Below are positions 38,117-50,073 of a stretch of 64,000 nucleotides of DNA, in pieces; positions within the stretch are counted from its first letter, which is position 1; each line of letters starts with the position of its first letter. The stretch is from Brooklawnia sp. Its GTDB lineage: Bacteria; Actinomycetota; Actinomycetes; Propionibacteriales; Propionibacteriaceae. A program made the position numbers and the translations under genes. The DNA lies in NCBI GenBank assembly GCA_040767325.1, contig JAXGOU010000008.1, positions 4,934 through 68,933 of the forward strand. Direction: 5' to 3'. The notes under the pieces were generated by a model. That model did not search any database. It saw nothing but the letters and a program-made list of their open reading frames with translations, and had not been told where the DNA came from.

Positions 38117-38995
38117 TCAGGCCTCGGGGATGACGCGCCCGAAGGTCTCCAGGGTGATGTTCTCGGGGTGGGGACCACCGCGCTTCCCGGTATCGAGGCC
38201 GTCGATCACTGACATCTCGTCGGCGCTGAGCTCGAAGTCGAAGACGTCCAGGTTCTCGCGGATGCGTTCAGGTTTGGTCGACTTCGGGATGACCGAGCGA
38301 CCGTGCTGGAGGCCCCAACGCAGCATCACCTGGGCAGGGCTCTTGGCGTGCGCCTCGGCAATCTCGCCGATCACCGGGTCCTGCAGGGCGTTGCGATGGC
38401 CGCTGTCCCGGTAGAACGTGATGCCACCGATGGGGGACCACGCCTGGTTCAAGATCCCGTGCTCGGTGTCGAACTGCTGAACCTCGCGCTGCTGGAAGTA
38501 CGGGTGGATCTCGAGCTGGTTGATGGCCGGGACGACCTCGGTGGCGCCGAACAGGGCGCGCAGGTGGTCGAGCATGAAGTTGCTGACGCCGATGGCGCGC
38601 ACCTTGCCGTCGGCCAAGAGCTGTTCCAGGGCCTGGTAGGCGGCGATGGTCCGGTCGAAATGGCTGGGCAGCGCCTGGTGCAGGATGAACAGGTCGATCT
38701 GGTCGACGCCCAGCTTTCCGGAGGCCTTCTCGAAGGCGTGTAGGGCTTCGTCGTAGCCGTAGTCATTGATCCAGACCTTGGTTTCGACGAACACCTCGTC
38801 GCGCGAGAGGCCGGACGCGTGAATGGCCTCACCGACCTGACGCTCGTTGCCATAGGCAGCGGCAGTATCGATGTGTCGATAGCCGGCCTCGAGCGCGGAC
38901 GCGACCGCGGCGCGCGTCTCATCAGGTGGAGTTTGGAAGACGCCGAACCCCAGGGCGGGCATCTCGACACCGTTGTTGAGTCTCAGAGTCCGCAT
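38117..38995 (-). CDS. Aldo/keto reductase (2,5-diketo-D-gluconate reductase-like)
   Basis: GYRHIDTAAAYGNE, IGVSNF, IPKS..PERIREN. Confidence 0.92.
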   Translation of the reverse strand: MRTLRLNNGVEMPALGFGVFQTPPDETRAAVASALEAGYRHIDTAAAYGNERQVGEAIHASGLSRDEVFVETKVWINDYGYDEALHAFEKASGKLGVDQIDLFILHQALPSHFDRTIAAYQALEQLLADGKVRAIGVSNFMLDHLRALFGATEVVPAINQLEIHPYFQQREVQQFDTEHGILNQAWSPIGGITFYRDSGHRNALQDPVIGEIAEAHAKSPAQVMLRWGLQHGRSVIPKSTKPERIRENLDVFDFELSADEMSVIDGLDTGKRGGPHPENITLETFGRVIPEA

Positions 38996-39175
38996 GGGAG
39001 CGTCCTTTCGAGATGGCACGCGTTGGTCGCGAGCGGGGAGAGGGGCACGTTCTTCACGCTACGCCGCTGAGCGGTGTGTGGCAGTGGTGTGCAGGCGGGT
39101 CTTGGGTCAAACCGCGTAATGACATAATGTCGCTTATCGGTCAACCAGGATGGAGTGCAGAAGCCTGGCATCGCG

Positions 39176-39297
39176 CCGTGACCAGGGTCCTGCTCGTTGC
39201 CTCGTTCCGAGGAATGTCCGCGCAGCGATTCCCCCTGACAACGCATGGCGCCACGGCGTCGATATGGCGCGCGTTCACCAGCAGGACCTCAGTCACG
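39176..39297. repeat. REPIN/MITE-like unit 1 (122 bp, about 21-bp terminal inverted repeats)
   Basis: CCGTGACCAGGGTCCTGCTCGT ... ACCAGCAGGACCTCAGTCACG. Confidence 0.7.
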
Positions 39298-39391
39298 CCT
39301 TCGCAGTGCTTACCGCACCCCACGCGCACTGCAAGCGACCTTGCAGCCCCCGCGACTCGGTAGGCGCTGCGCAGTCGCCATCCAGGGCCAC

Positions 39392-39514
39392 CCGTGACTC
39401 AGGTCCTGCTCGTGCACGCCCAGGCGGCGCCCGCTTCGTGGCAAATGGCTGTGACAAGGCCAAACGCCTACAGACATGCCTCCTCGGGTGCCACGAGCAG
39501 GACCTCAGTCACGG
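39392..39514. repeat. REPIN/MITE-like unit 2 (123 bp, 23-bp terminal inverted repeats)
   Basis: CCGTGACTCAGGTCCTGCTCGTG ... CACGAGCAGGACCTCAGTCACGG, 1 mismatch. Confidence 0.8.
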
Positions 39515-39565
39515 TCGCCGGGCGACATGGTGACATGCACAGCCCCGCTCTGGAATAATTGCAGG

Positions 39566-40723
39566 ATGAAACGAACCACGTCGATCGGCCTGCTGGCAGT
39601 GGGTCATGCGTGCGTGGACGTCTACCAGGGTGCTGCGGCGGCCCTGGTGCCCTTCTTCATCGCCGAGCGCAACTACACCTACGCGGCCGCCTCGGGCTTC
39701 GTGCTGGCGGCCTCGTTGCTGTCGTCCATCGCCCAGCCGCTGTTCGGGTTCTTGACCGACAAGTGGCGGATGCCATGGCTGATCCCGGTGGCCACGCTGC
39801 TTGGCGGGATCGGCATCGGGCTCAGCGGCCTGAGCGATTCGTACACGCTCACGTTGCTGTTCGCAGCCATCTCAGGCATCGGCGTCGCCGCCTACCATCC
39901 CGAATCCGCCCGGATCGCCCGGATCGCCAGCCAGGGCAGTCACAAAGCGATGGCCTACTTCTCCACTGGCGGGAACATTGGGTTCGCCGTGGCCCCGCTG
40001 CTGGTGGCCGCAGCCGTCGCTACGGGGGGCCTCCGATTGACGCCCTTCCTGGTGATCCCCGCGCTGGCTGGCGCAGCCATCACCTTGCCCGTCCTGTCCG
40101 CGCTGCGGCGCGATCACCCGGACGGCGTCACTCCCCTGCTGCCCAGCGGCGCCGACGATGTGCCGTCCTTCCTTCGGCTTTCGCTGGCGATCATCTTCCG
40201 ATCAATTGCGTTCGTCGGGCTGGGCACGTTCATCTCGTCCTATGCCCAGCAGCGCATGCCGGGCGGCTCCCCCGTCGGCACCGTCGCGCTGTTCATCCTC
40301 TACCTGGGCGCGGTCGTCGGCTCCATCCTGGGTGGATCACTGGCCCATCGCTGGGATCGGGTCACCGTGTCGCGCTGGTCGTACGTGGCCACCACGATCG
40401 GCATCGCCGGCACCGTCTGGGTGCCGGGCCCGCTCATGCTCGCGTTCGTCGCCCTGACCTCGATCGGCCTCTACGTGCCCTTCTCGTTGCAGGTGACCCT
40501 GGGCCAGGACTACCTGCCGAACCGCGTGGGCACCGCCAGTGGTGTCACGCTCGGTCTGGCTGTGGGAATGGGGGGTCTGGCGAGCCCGCTGATCGGGGCC
40601 ATAGCGGACGCGACGACGCTGCAGACTGCGCTGGTGCCGCTCGTGGTTATGCCAGTGCTCAGTTGGCTGCTCTTCCTCACGTTGACCGACCCCGAGGTTC
40701 GCGTCCAGAACCCCCGAACATAA
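39566..40723 (+). CDS. MFS transporter, Fsr (fosmidomycin resistance)-like
   Basis: H..VD.YQ, SSIAQPLFG..D, AAYHPE, F.TGGNIG. Confidence 0.85.
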   Translation: MKRTTSIGLLAVGHACVDVYQGAAAALVPFFIAERNYTYAAASGFVLAASLLSSIAQPLFGFLTDKWRMPWLIPVATLLGGIGIGLSGLSDSYTLTLLFAAISGIGVAAYHPESARIARIASQGSHKAMAYFSTGGNIGFAVAPLLVAAAVATGGLRLTPFLVIPALAGAAITLPVLSALRRDHPDGVTPLLPSGADDVPSFLRLSLAIIFRSIAFVGLGTFISSYAQQRMPGGSPVGTVALFILYLGAVVGSILGGSLAHRWDRVTVSRWSYVATTIGIAGTVWVPGPLMLAFVALTSIGLYVPFSLQVTLGQDYLPNRVGTASGVTLGLAVGMGGLASPLIGAIADATTLQTALVPLVVMPVLSWLLFLTLTDPEVRVQNPRT

Positions 40724-40727
40724 AGGC

Positions 40728-40766
40728 GAGGGGCCCTTCACAAGTATGAGTTGCGAAGGACCCCTC
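40728..40766 (+). terminator. Hairpin immediately after the MFS stop
   Basis: GAGGGGCCCTTCACAA / TTGCGAAGGACCCCTC, 14 of 16 complementary. Confidence 0.6.
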
Positions 40767-40976
40767 TAGGTGGTCGAGCAAAGTGACGTCTCGGCCGATG
40801 CCCCGGACCCTGCAGACCCCACCGTTCGCGTCACCCGACCGGTGCGGCGGTCGCCCGCCGTGTGGATCCTCGTCTCCGAGCCATCCCGCTCTTCCCGAGG
40901 GAAGCGCGTAAGAGATTTCTATCGGACCCCACAAGCGAATGCAAGCCCTTTTCGCGAATTACATTCATAGAATTTT

Positions 40977-41062
40977 CGGTCCACAAGGATATCCACAGAA
41001 AGTTCTTTCGTTTCCACAGTCAGGTGCTGGTTCTCCACACGTTGTCCCGAGTCCTGTCCACA
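40977..41062 (+). promoter_or_regulatory. Cluster of five co-oriented DnaA-box-like TCCACA motifs
   Basis: CGGTCCACA 40977, ATATCCACA 40989, GTTTCCACA 41010, TTCTCCACA 41031, CTGTCCACA 41054. Confidence 0.5.
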
Positions 41063-41949
41063 GGGCGGTTCGCGATGTAGACGCCCGCCAGAATGGCCAC
41101 ACCCCCGGCCAGCTGCGCCAGCGTCAGTCGTTCACCAAGAACAATCGCCGCCGACGTCAACGCGGCCAGGGTCGACAGCCCGATGAAGGTCGAGTAGCGG
41201 GTCGAGCCCAGCGTCCCGATCGCCACGTTCTGCAGGAAGAAGGCACCCACCGTCGACCCCAGGGCCAGGAAGCCAATTGCCACCGCGAAGTCCGGCCTCT
41301 CCAGCGGCAGTCGGATCAGGTACCCCAACGTGCCTTCGCTGCCATGCTTCGCCAGCGCCATCCCGCTGAACAGCAGGGCACCGGACGCCACCATCACGAA
41401 GGTCTTGTCGATGTCGCTGATCTCGGCATAGCGTTCGGCGAAGGCGGCGTAGACCGAGTAGGAACCGATCGCGACGAACAGCAGCAGGTAACCGAGCGGG
41501 TCGAACTCCGCGTTGAGTCCGCCGGCCACCACGGTCGCCAACACCCCGGCCAACGTGACGCAGATGCCGACCACCTGACGTCGGGCCGGACGCGAACCGA
41601 GCAGCGCCACGGCAGTGAGCATCGTCGTCACCGGGATCGCCGAGATCAGCAGGCCGCTCTCGGACGCAGTTGTGCGCATCACGCCGTAGGTCTCGGCGAT
41701 GTAGTAGATCACCGGCTGGCAGATGGCCAGCACCAGCAACGGGCGCAGGGTGGCGCGGGTGATCTGTAGCTTGATCAGGCGCAAGCCGGCCAAGACCAGG
41801 AGTATCAACAGGGCCACCGTGAACCGCCAGCCCAGCAGCGCGAAGGGGTCGATCGTCCCGGTGACGCCCTTGGTGAACACGAACGAGAAGCCGTAGAGCA
41901 GTTCGGTGCCAATGGCCGCCAGGACGCCGACCTTGGTCCCTCTGCTCAC
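41020..41949 (-). CDS. DMT/EamA-family transporter
   Basis: YGFSFVF, LLGWRF, QPVIYY..ETYG, VLGERL; GTG 7 nt after TATAGT. Confidence 0.85.
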   Translation of the reverse strand: MSRGTKVGVLAAIGTELLYGFSFVFTKGVTGTIDPFALLGWRFTVALLILLVLAGLRLIKLQITRATLRPLLVLAICQPVIYYIAETYGVMRTTASESGLLISAIPVTTMLTAVALLGSRPARRQVVGICVTLAGVLATVVAGGLNAEFDPLGYLLLFVAIGSYSVYAAFAERYAEISDIDKTFVMVASGALLFSGMALAKHGSEGTLGYLIRLPLERPDFAVAIGFLALGSTVGAFFLQNVAIGTLGSTRYSTFIGLSTLAALTSAAIVLGERLTLAQLAGGVAILAGVYIANRPVDRTRDNVWRTST

Positions 41950-42022
41950 CCGGCGCACTATACCGACGCTTCCAGTGCGCGCCGGACGCCCAACAGCGGC
42001 CGGACTGGGCGAAGATGTCAGC

Positions 42023-43312
42023 ATGACGCATGCGTTCGACCTGTCGGGCATCGAACTGGGTGTGGCCACGGCAGCCACCCAGATCGAGGGCGGGGATGCC
42101 CCGAGGATCTGGCATCGGTGGGCCGCGACCCCGGGCGGGGGCGCGATCGACGGCTCCTCCCCCGCTGTCGCCTGCGATCACTGGAACCGGGTCGCCCAGG
42201 ACACCGAGTTGCTTGCCTCGCTGGGCATCCGGCACTACCGGATGGGCCTGGAGTGGGCGCGAATCCAACCGGCGCCCGATCGGTTCGACGCCGAAGCCAT
42301 CAGGCACTACCGCGATGAACTCGCCGGCCTGCGCGCCGCCGGCATCACTCCGCTGGTGACGCTGCACCACTTCAATGACCCGACCTGGTTCTCCGACGCG
42401 GGCGGCTTCCTCGGCCCAGACGGCGTCGAAACCTTCCTCGGCTACGTCGAACACGTCGTGAGCGAGCTTGGCGACCTGATCAACGAGTGGATCACGATCA
42501 ACGAGCCGAACGTCTTTGCGCTGGCCGGCTACTTCGAGGGCAACTGGCCGCCAGGCCGGCGCTCGATCAAGGACCTCCTGGCCATCCAAACGGCCTTCGC
42601 GCGGGCACACATCCTGAGCTACCAGTTGCTGCACCGGCACTCCCCCACTGCCAAGGTCGGTTTCGCCCAGCACCTGCGCTACTTCGACCCACTGGACGCC
42701 ACCAGCCGGTTCGATCGGGCCTCCGCCCGGCTGATGCGGCACCTCTTCCAGGACGTCGGCACCATCGCGTCCATTACCGGGCACTTCCAGGCCCCGCTGT
42801 TGCGTCCGCGTGACATCACCAGCGGCCGCTATGCGGACTTCCTCGGCGTCAACTACTACACCGGCTCACGCATCCGCGGCATCAGTTACCAGACGGCCAA
42901 GGACGTCCCCATCAACGACCTGGGCTGGGAGATCTCGCCGGCCGGCTTCCGCCGCGTCCTGCGTGACTACCACAAGCGCTTCGGGCTACCGATCTACGTC
43001 ACCGAGAACGGCACCGCAGACCGGGCGGACGCCTTCCGGGCCCGCTACATCTACGACCACCTGCGCGCCGCCGTCGGCACCGGCCTGCCGATCGAGCGCT
43101 ACTACCACTGGTGCTTCATCGATAACTGGGAATGGGCCGAGGGGCAGACCGGACGCTTCGGGCTGGTCGAGTTGGACTTCGATACCCAGCAACGCACCAT
43201 CCGGGCCTCTGGTGAGTTCTACGCCGACGTGATCGCCAACCGCGGCGTCACCGAGGACGCCTACCAACGCTGGGTTGCCCCCCAGAGCTACCCAGAAAGC
43301 CCACAGCGATGA
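42023..43312 (+). CDS. Glycoside hydrolase family 1 beta-glucosidase
   Basis: ATAATQIEG, TLHHF, TINEP, GVNYY, VTENG, DNWEW.EG. Confidence 0.93.
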   Translation: MTHAFDLSGIELGVATAATQIEGGDAPRIWHRWAATPGGGAIDGSSPAVACDHWNRVAQDTELLASLGIRHYRMGLEWARIQPAPDRFDAEAIRHYRDELAGLRAAGITPLVTLHHFNDPTWFSDAGGFLGPDGVETFLGYVEHVVSELGDLINEWITINEPNVFALAGYFEGNWPPGRRSIKDLLAIQTAFARAHILSYQLLHRHSPTAKVGFAQHLRYFDPLDATSRFDRASARLMRHLFQDVGTIASITGHFQAPLLRPRDITSGRYADFLGVNYYTGSRIRGISYQTAKDVPINDLGWEISPAGFRRVLRDYHKRFGLPIYVTENGTADRADAFRARYIYDHLRAAVGTGLPIERYYHWCFIDNWEWAEGQTGRFGLVELDFDTQQRTIRASGEFYADVIANRGVTEDAYQRWVAPQSYPESPQR

Positions 43313-44673
43313 GCCAGGACAAGCCCATCTCCGCGCGGGCAAACCGCTGGACCTTCGGCGTCGGCACAGTCGGCCGCGACATGGCCTACACGCTGCAGTC
43401 GATGTTCCTGATCGTCTTCCTGACCGAGGTTCTCGACCTGCCGGACGCGACGATGTGGTGGGTCTCCGGCATCCTGCTCGCCGCCCGGCTCTTCGACGCT
43501 TTTACCGACATCGTGATGGGCGGCATCGTCGACAACACCAGAACCCGATGGGGCCAGTACAAGCCATGGATCGTGGTCGGCGCCCTGGCGTCCGCCGTGG
43601 TCACCGTCAGCCTGTTCACCGACTTCGGGCTGCGCGGCACCAGCTTCATCGTGTTGTTCGCCGTGGTCTACCTGCTCTGGGGCCTGTCCTGGACGATGAA
43701 CGACATCGGCTACTGGTCGCTACTGCCCGCCCTCACCCTGGACCGGCACGAGCGCGAACGGATCGCCGCCCTGGCCAAGACGTTCGCCACCATCGGCCTG
43801 TTCATCGTCGTGGTGGCGATCATCCCGGTCACCAACGCCTGGGGCGGGGACGCACCGGCCTGGACGACCTTCGCCATCGTCGTGGTGGTGGTCATGCTGG
43901 CCGCCCAAGCCATCACCATCTTCGGCGTCCGCGAGCCCAGGATCGTGGTCGAGCAGCAGTCCACCACGGTCCGGGAGATCGTCCGGGCGGTGGTCAAGAA
44001 CGACCAACTGATGTGGGTTGCCCTGGCAATGCTGCTGTTCTACACCGGCTACACCACCACGACATCCTTCGGCGTCTACTTCTTCAAGTACGCCTACGGC
44101 GACGAGAACATGTACTCGCCGTTCGCGGCTGTGCTGGGGGTATCGCAGCTGATCGGCTTCGTGGCGTTCCCGATCCTGCGCAATCGGCTGTCGCGCCGGG
44201 CGCTGTACACCTCGGCGATGGTGATGATCACGGCCGGCTACCTGATCTTCTTCTTCGCGCCGATGAACATGATCCCGATCGGAGTCGCGGGCGTGCTGTT
44301 GTTCGTGGCGACCGCCTCGGTGGTGCTGCTGATGATCGTCTTCATGACCGACTGCATCGAGTACGGGCAGTGGAAACTGGGACGCCGCAACACGGCGGTC
44401 ACCTTCGCGCTGCAGCCGTTCGTGGTCAAGGTGTCGGCCGCCCTGGCCCAGTCGATCGTCAGCGTGACGGTCATCCTGACCGGCATCAACGAGGCCAAGG
44501 GCCCGGCCGACGTCACCGATGCGGGCCTGTTCGGCATGAAGGTGATGATGATGTTCGTGCCGCTCGGGCTGATCGTGCTCGGCTACGTGGTCTACCTGGC
44601 CAAGTACAAGATCGACGAGCAGTTCCACGCCCAGATCGTCACCGACTTGCGCGAGCGCGAAGAACTGGTCTGA
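43309..44673 (+). CDS. Glycoside-pentoside-hexuronide:cation symporter (MelB-like)
   Basis: RLFDAFTD..MG.IVDNTRTRWGQYKPW, NDIGYWS, DCIEYG. Confidence 0.9.
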   Translation: MSQDKPISARANRWTFGVGTVGRDMAYTLQSMFLIVFLTEVLDLPDATMWWVSGILLAARLFDAFTDIVMGGIVDNTRTRWGQYKPWIVVGALASAVVTVSLFTDFGLRGTSFIVLFAVVYLLWGLSWTMNDIGYWSLLPALTLDRHERERIAALAKTFATIGLFIVVVAIIPVTNAWGGDAPAWTTFAIVVVVVMLAAQAITIFGVREPRIVVEQQSTTVREIVRAVVKNDQLMWVALAMLLFYTGYTTTTSFGVYFFKYAYGDENMYSPFAAVLGVSQLIGFVAFPILRNRLSRRALYTSAMVMITAGYLIFFFAPMNMIPIGVAGVLLFVATASVVLLMIVFMTDCIEYGQWKLGRRNTAVTFALQPFVVKVSAALAQSIVSVTVILTGINEAKGPADVTDAGLFGMKVMMMFVPLGLIVLGYVVYLAKYKIDEQFHAQIVTDLREREELV

Positions 44674-44677
44674 GCGG

Positions 44678-45097
44678 TCAGGGCCGCAGGACGGTGATCT
44701 CCGAGAAGATCTGGAAGTCGGAGTCCAGGGTTACCACCGACAGGCCGTACTCCAAGGCGAGCGCGGCGAGTTGGGCGTCGGTAACCAGATTCCCCGTCAC
44801 GCGGTGATCTCTGCAGACTTCTTCGAACAGCGTGAATGTGCGGATGGTGGTGGTCGGTATCCAGGTCACAGGCGAAGCCAGGACATCGTGGATGAATCCA
44901 AGGGCCGCTGCGCTGCTGAGCGGCTCGCGATAGATGCGCGGATGCGTTGAGATTCGGACGAAGGCCCCGATCGTCTGCCAGGGAACCGCGACTCGGCGTG
45001 ATCCGTGCAGGGCATCGCTGAGCCATTGCCCAATGCGCTCCCCCTCCGGGTGGCCCTTGTCGATGGCTGCCAGCAGGATGTTCGCGTCCAGCAGCAT
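44678..45097 (-). CDS. vapC: VapC PIN-domain toxin
   Basis: LLDANILL, F.RI.THPR, GNLVTDAQLAALA.E, TLDSDF. Confidence 0.9.
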   Translation of the reverse strand: MLLDANILLAAIDKGHPEGERIGQWLSDALHGSRRVAVPWQTIGAFVRISTHPRIYREPLSSAAALGFIHDVLASPVTWIPTTTIRTFTLFEEVCRDHRVTGNLVTDAQLAALALEYGLSVVTLDSDFQIFSEITVLRP

Positions 45098-45324
45098 CAG
45101 GCTTCCCCATCCAGCAGTTCCAGGGTCTCACCAATGTTCGTGTAGTCGACTCGAGCCGACATCTCGTACCGCGGGATTTCGATGTGATAGGAGTCGCCCA
45201 GCCGTGCGGTCAAGCCAGCGCGGGCAAGGCGGTTCACGGCTTCGCTCGGGCCGATGTCAGCACTGCGGCGCAGTTCATCGACCGCGGCAGCGATGTCGGG
45301 GTCCAGCGTTATGGTCGTCCTCAT
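45097..45324 (-). CDS. vapB: VapB RHH antitoxin
   Basis: MRTTITLDPD, SEAVNRLARAGL; TGATG coupling to vapC. Confidence 0.88.
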   Translation of the reverse strand: MRTTITLDPDIAAAVDELRRSADIGPSEAVNRLARAGLTARLGDSYHIEIPRYEMSARVDYTNIGETLELLDGEA

Positions 45325-45330
45325 TGGGCC

Positions 45331-45370
45331 AGTTTACACCTTGATGCGCCATTAATCGCATCTTGATGCG
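45331..45370 (-). promoter_or_regulatory. vapBC promoter (-10 TAAACT) with GATGCG/CGCATC inverted operator half-sites
   Basis: GATGCG 45343, CGCATC 45357, GATGCG 45365. Confidence 0.65.
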
Positions 45371-45433
45371 CACGGAAATGGGGCATCCTGCGCGTCGGGT
45401 TGCGGCTCGACGCAACTCCTGCTACCGCGGCGG

Positions 45434-47797
<2,364 letters not shown>

Positions 47798-47849
47798 TGA
47801 TGAAGGATAGAGACGCCACGGGCACTCGGCAATCAGTAGGTTGGACGAC

Positions 47850-48635
47850 ATGTTGGCATTGCTGTCCCCGGCCAAGTCGCTCGACTTCGATTCGAAGCCA
47901 GCGACGCGCAAGCACACCCAGCCGCGACTGCTGGACGCCGCACAGGAACTGATCGACGTGATGCGCACCAAATCACCGGACGAGATCGCGTCCCTGATGG
48001 GTATCTCGGACGAATTGGCGGTGCTGAACCACCAGCGCTACCGCGATTTCGAGACGCCATTCACCACCCGCAACGCCCGGGCTGCGGTGCTGGGGTTCGC
48101 CGGCGATGTCTACCAGGGCATGGCCGCGCCGACCCGGTTCGACGAGCGGGACTTCACCGAGGCGCAGAAGATCGTCCGGATCCTGTCCGGGCTGTACGGG
48201 GTGCTGCGTCCCCTGGACCTGATCCAGCCGTACCGGTTGGAGATGGGTACCAGACTGGCCACCGAGCGGGGCGCCGACCTCTACGAGTTCTGGGGCGATC
48301 GGGTCAGCGAACTGTTGCGCGCCGACCTGGCGGAGTCGCCCGGGCCGTGGGCGATCATCAACCTGGCTTCCCAGGAGTACTTCGGGGTGGTCAATCCGAA
48401 GGTGCTGGACGCCGAGATCATCTCGCCCCGCTTCGAAGACATCGCGGCATCCGGACGCCGCCAGGTGATCTCCTTCCGGGCCAAGCGGGCCCGCGGCGAG
48501 ATGGCAGCGTGGCTGGTGACCAACCGCGTCCGCTCGGTCCGAAAACTGCGGGACTTCGCCGAGGGTGGCTATCGCTACGACGAGGAGAAGTCGACCAAAC
48601 TCACCCCGGTCTTCGTCGGGGGCGCGCGGCCGTGA
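47850..48635 (+). CDS. yaaA: Peroxide stress protein YaaA
   Basis: LSPAKSLDF, F.GDVY, ILSGLYG.LRPLD..QPYRLEMG, NLAS.EY, AKRARG. Confidence 0.92.
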   Translation: MLALLSPAKSLDFDSKPATRKHTQPRLLDAAQELIDVMRTKSPDEIASLMGISDELAVLNHQRYRDFETPFTTRNARAAVLGFAGDVYQGMAAPTRFDERDFTEAQKIVRILSGLYGVLRPLDLIQPYRLEMGTRLATERGADLYEFWGDRVSELLRADLAESPGPWAIINLASQEYFGVVNPKVLDAEIISPRFEDIAASGRRQVISFRAKRARGEMAAWLVTNRVRSVRKLRDFAEGGYRYDEEKSTKLTPVFVGGARP

Positions 48636-49324
48636 CCGACGTCGACTCGCGCGCCAACCGGTACCGCACCCTGCAGGCGGGCGTGCGGCCGAGCGTGGAG
48701 ATCGAGATCAAGCGGTCCAGATTCATCGGCTACGCGGGGCGGATCGAGTCCGAGGCCGAGGCCCGGGATTTCCTGGCCGGCATCAGGAAGGAGCATCGGG
48801 AGGCCCGCCACGTCTGTCACGGCTTCGTCGTGGGAGCCGACCGGGACGTGCAGCGCAGCAGTGATGACGGCGAACCCTCCGGGACGGCCGGCATGCCCAT
48901 CCTGACGGCGATCCTGGCCCGTCAGACCGGCGCGGACGGCAGCACCGAACTGTCCGATGTGGTGGTCGCCGTGGTGCGCTACTTCGGTGGGGTGAAACTG
49001 GGGGCCGGTGGCCTGGTGCAGGCCTACTCGGACACTGCCGCGGCGGTGCTGGACGCGGCCCCGATGGTCACCCGGCAACGGATGCGCGAACTGCTGGTTC
49101 GGCTGCCGCTGGCAGAAGTGGGCCGGATCGAGACGACCCTGCGATCCCAAGGGGTGCCCGTGCTGCCGGTCGAATACTCGACCACCGACGCGGTGCTGCC
49201 GATGGCCGTGCTCGACGACGCGTCCGCGCTGGAGGAAGCAGCCGACAAGTTGGCGGCACTGAGCGCCGGGCGTTGCGTGGTGAGCGAGGGTGAGTTGCGC
49301 TGGGTGGATCGGCCGGACCGATGA
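48632..49324 (+). CDS. yigZ: YigZ/IMPACT-family protein
   Basis: IKRSRFIG, ARHVC, SDDGEPSGTAG.P, RYFGGVKLGAGGL..AY. Confidence 0.9.
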   Translation: MTDVDSRANRYRTLQAGVRPSVEIEIKRSRFIGYAGRIESEAEARDFLAGIRKEHREARHVCHGFVVGADRDVQRSSDDGEPSGTAGMPILTAILARQTGADGSTELSDVVVAVVRYFGGVKLGAGGLVQAYSDTAAAVLDAAPMVTRQRMRELLVRLPLAEVGRIETTLRSQGVPVLPVEYSTTDAVLPMAVLDDASALEEAADKLAALSAGRCVVSEGELRWVDRPDR

Positions 49325-50073
49325 GCGGGGTCTATCGCAAGTCCGGCAGCCCCGACCAGATCGCCTGGGAAGCCCGAGGCCTGGCCTGGCTGGCCGCTGC
49401 CCAAGGGGCGGCCGTGGTGCCCATCCTGGGTTGGGACGAACGATCGCTCCAGATCGAGTACCTCTCCCCCGCCCCGCCCACCCCGGCTGCCGCCGAGGCA
49501 TTCGGACGCAGCCTGGCGGCAACGCATGCCGCCGGGGCCGACGCGTTCGGGGCCCCGCCAGCGGGTTGGGACGCGGCGCAGCCGGGCTGGATCGGGCGTG
49601 CCCGGCTTCCGCTCGGCCAGTACGCGCACTGGGGTGAGTTCTACGCAGAGCTACGCCTCCTGCCGCACGCCGAGGCCGCCCACCGGTTGGGCCGGTTGTC
49701 CTCGGCAGGCCTGGCCGGCATCGAGCGGGTTTGTCAGCGGTTGCGGGACGGACAATTCGATGACGGACGACCGCCCGCGCGGCTGCACGGCGATCTGTGG
49801 GCCGGGAACGCGATCAGCACGGCGCAGGGCTTCGTCCTGATAGACCCGGCGGCCCACGGCGGTCACGGCGAGACTGATCTGGCCATGCTCGCCCTGTTCG
49901 GTTTCCCGCACCTGCGACTGGTCCAGGACGCGTACGCCGAGGCGGCGGGGTTGGCCGACGGTTGGCGGTCCCGCGTCCGGCTGCACCAGTTGCATCCGCT
50001 GCTGGTACACGCCGAGTTGTTCGGCGGACACTACGGAATCGAGGCTGCGGAGGTCGCCGATGAGTACAGCTGA
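49321..50073 (+). CDS. Fructosamine/ketosamine kinase family protein
   Basis: EARGLAWL, W..FY...RL, LHGDLWAGN, IDPA..GH.ETDLAML. Confidence 0.88.
   Translation: MSGVYRKSGSPDQIAWEARGLAWLAAAQGAAVVPILGWDERSLQIEYLSPAPPTPAAAEAFGRSLAATHAAGADAFGAPPAGWDAAQPGWIGRARLPLGQYAHWGEFYAELRLLPHAEAAHRLGRLSSAGLAGIERVCQRLRDGQFDDGRPPARLHGDLWAGNAISTAQGFVLIDPAAHGGHGETDLAMLALFGFPHLRLVQDAYAEAAGLADGWRSRVRLHQLHPLLVHAELFGGHYGIEAAEVADEYS

Noticed and set aside
39176-39514. CRISPR array
   Set aside because: Repeats alternate in orientation, spacers are about 78-95 bp, and there are no cas genes
40940-41062. Chromosomal origin oriC
   Set aside because: No dnaA, dnaN or rpmH nearby, and all boxes are imperfect
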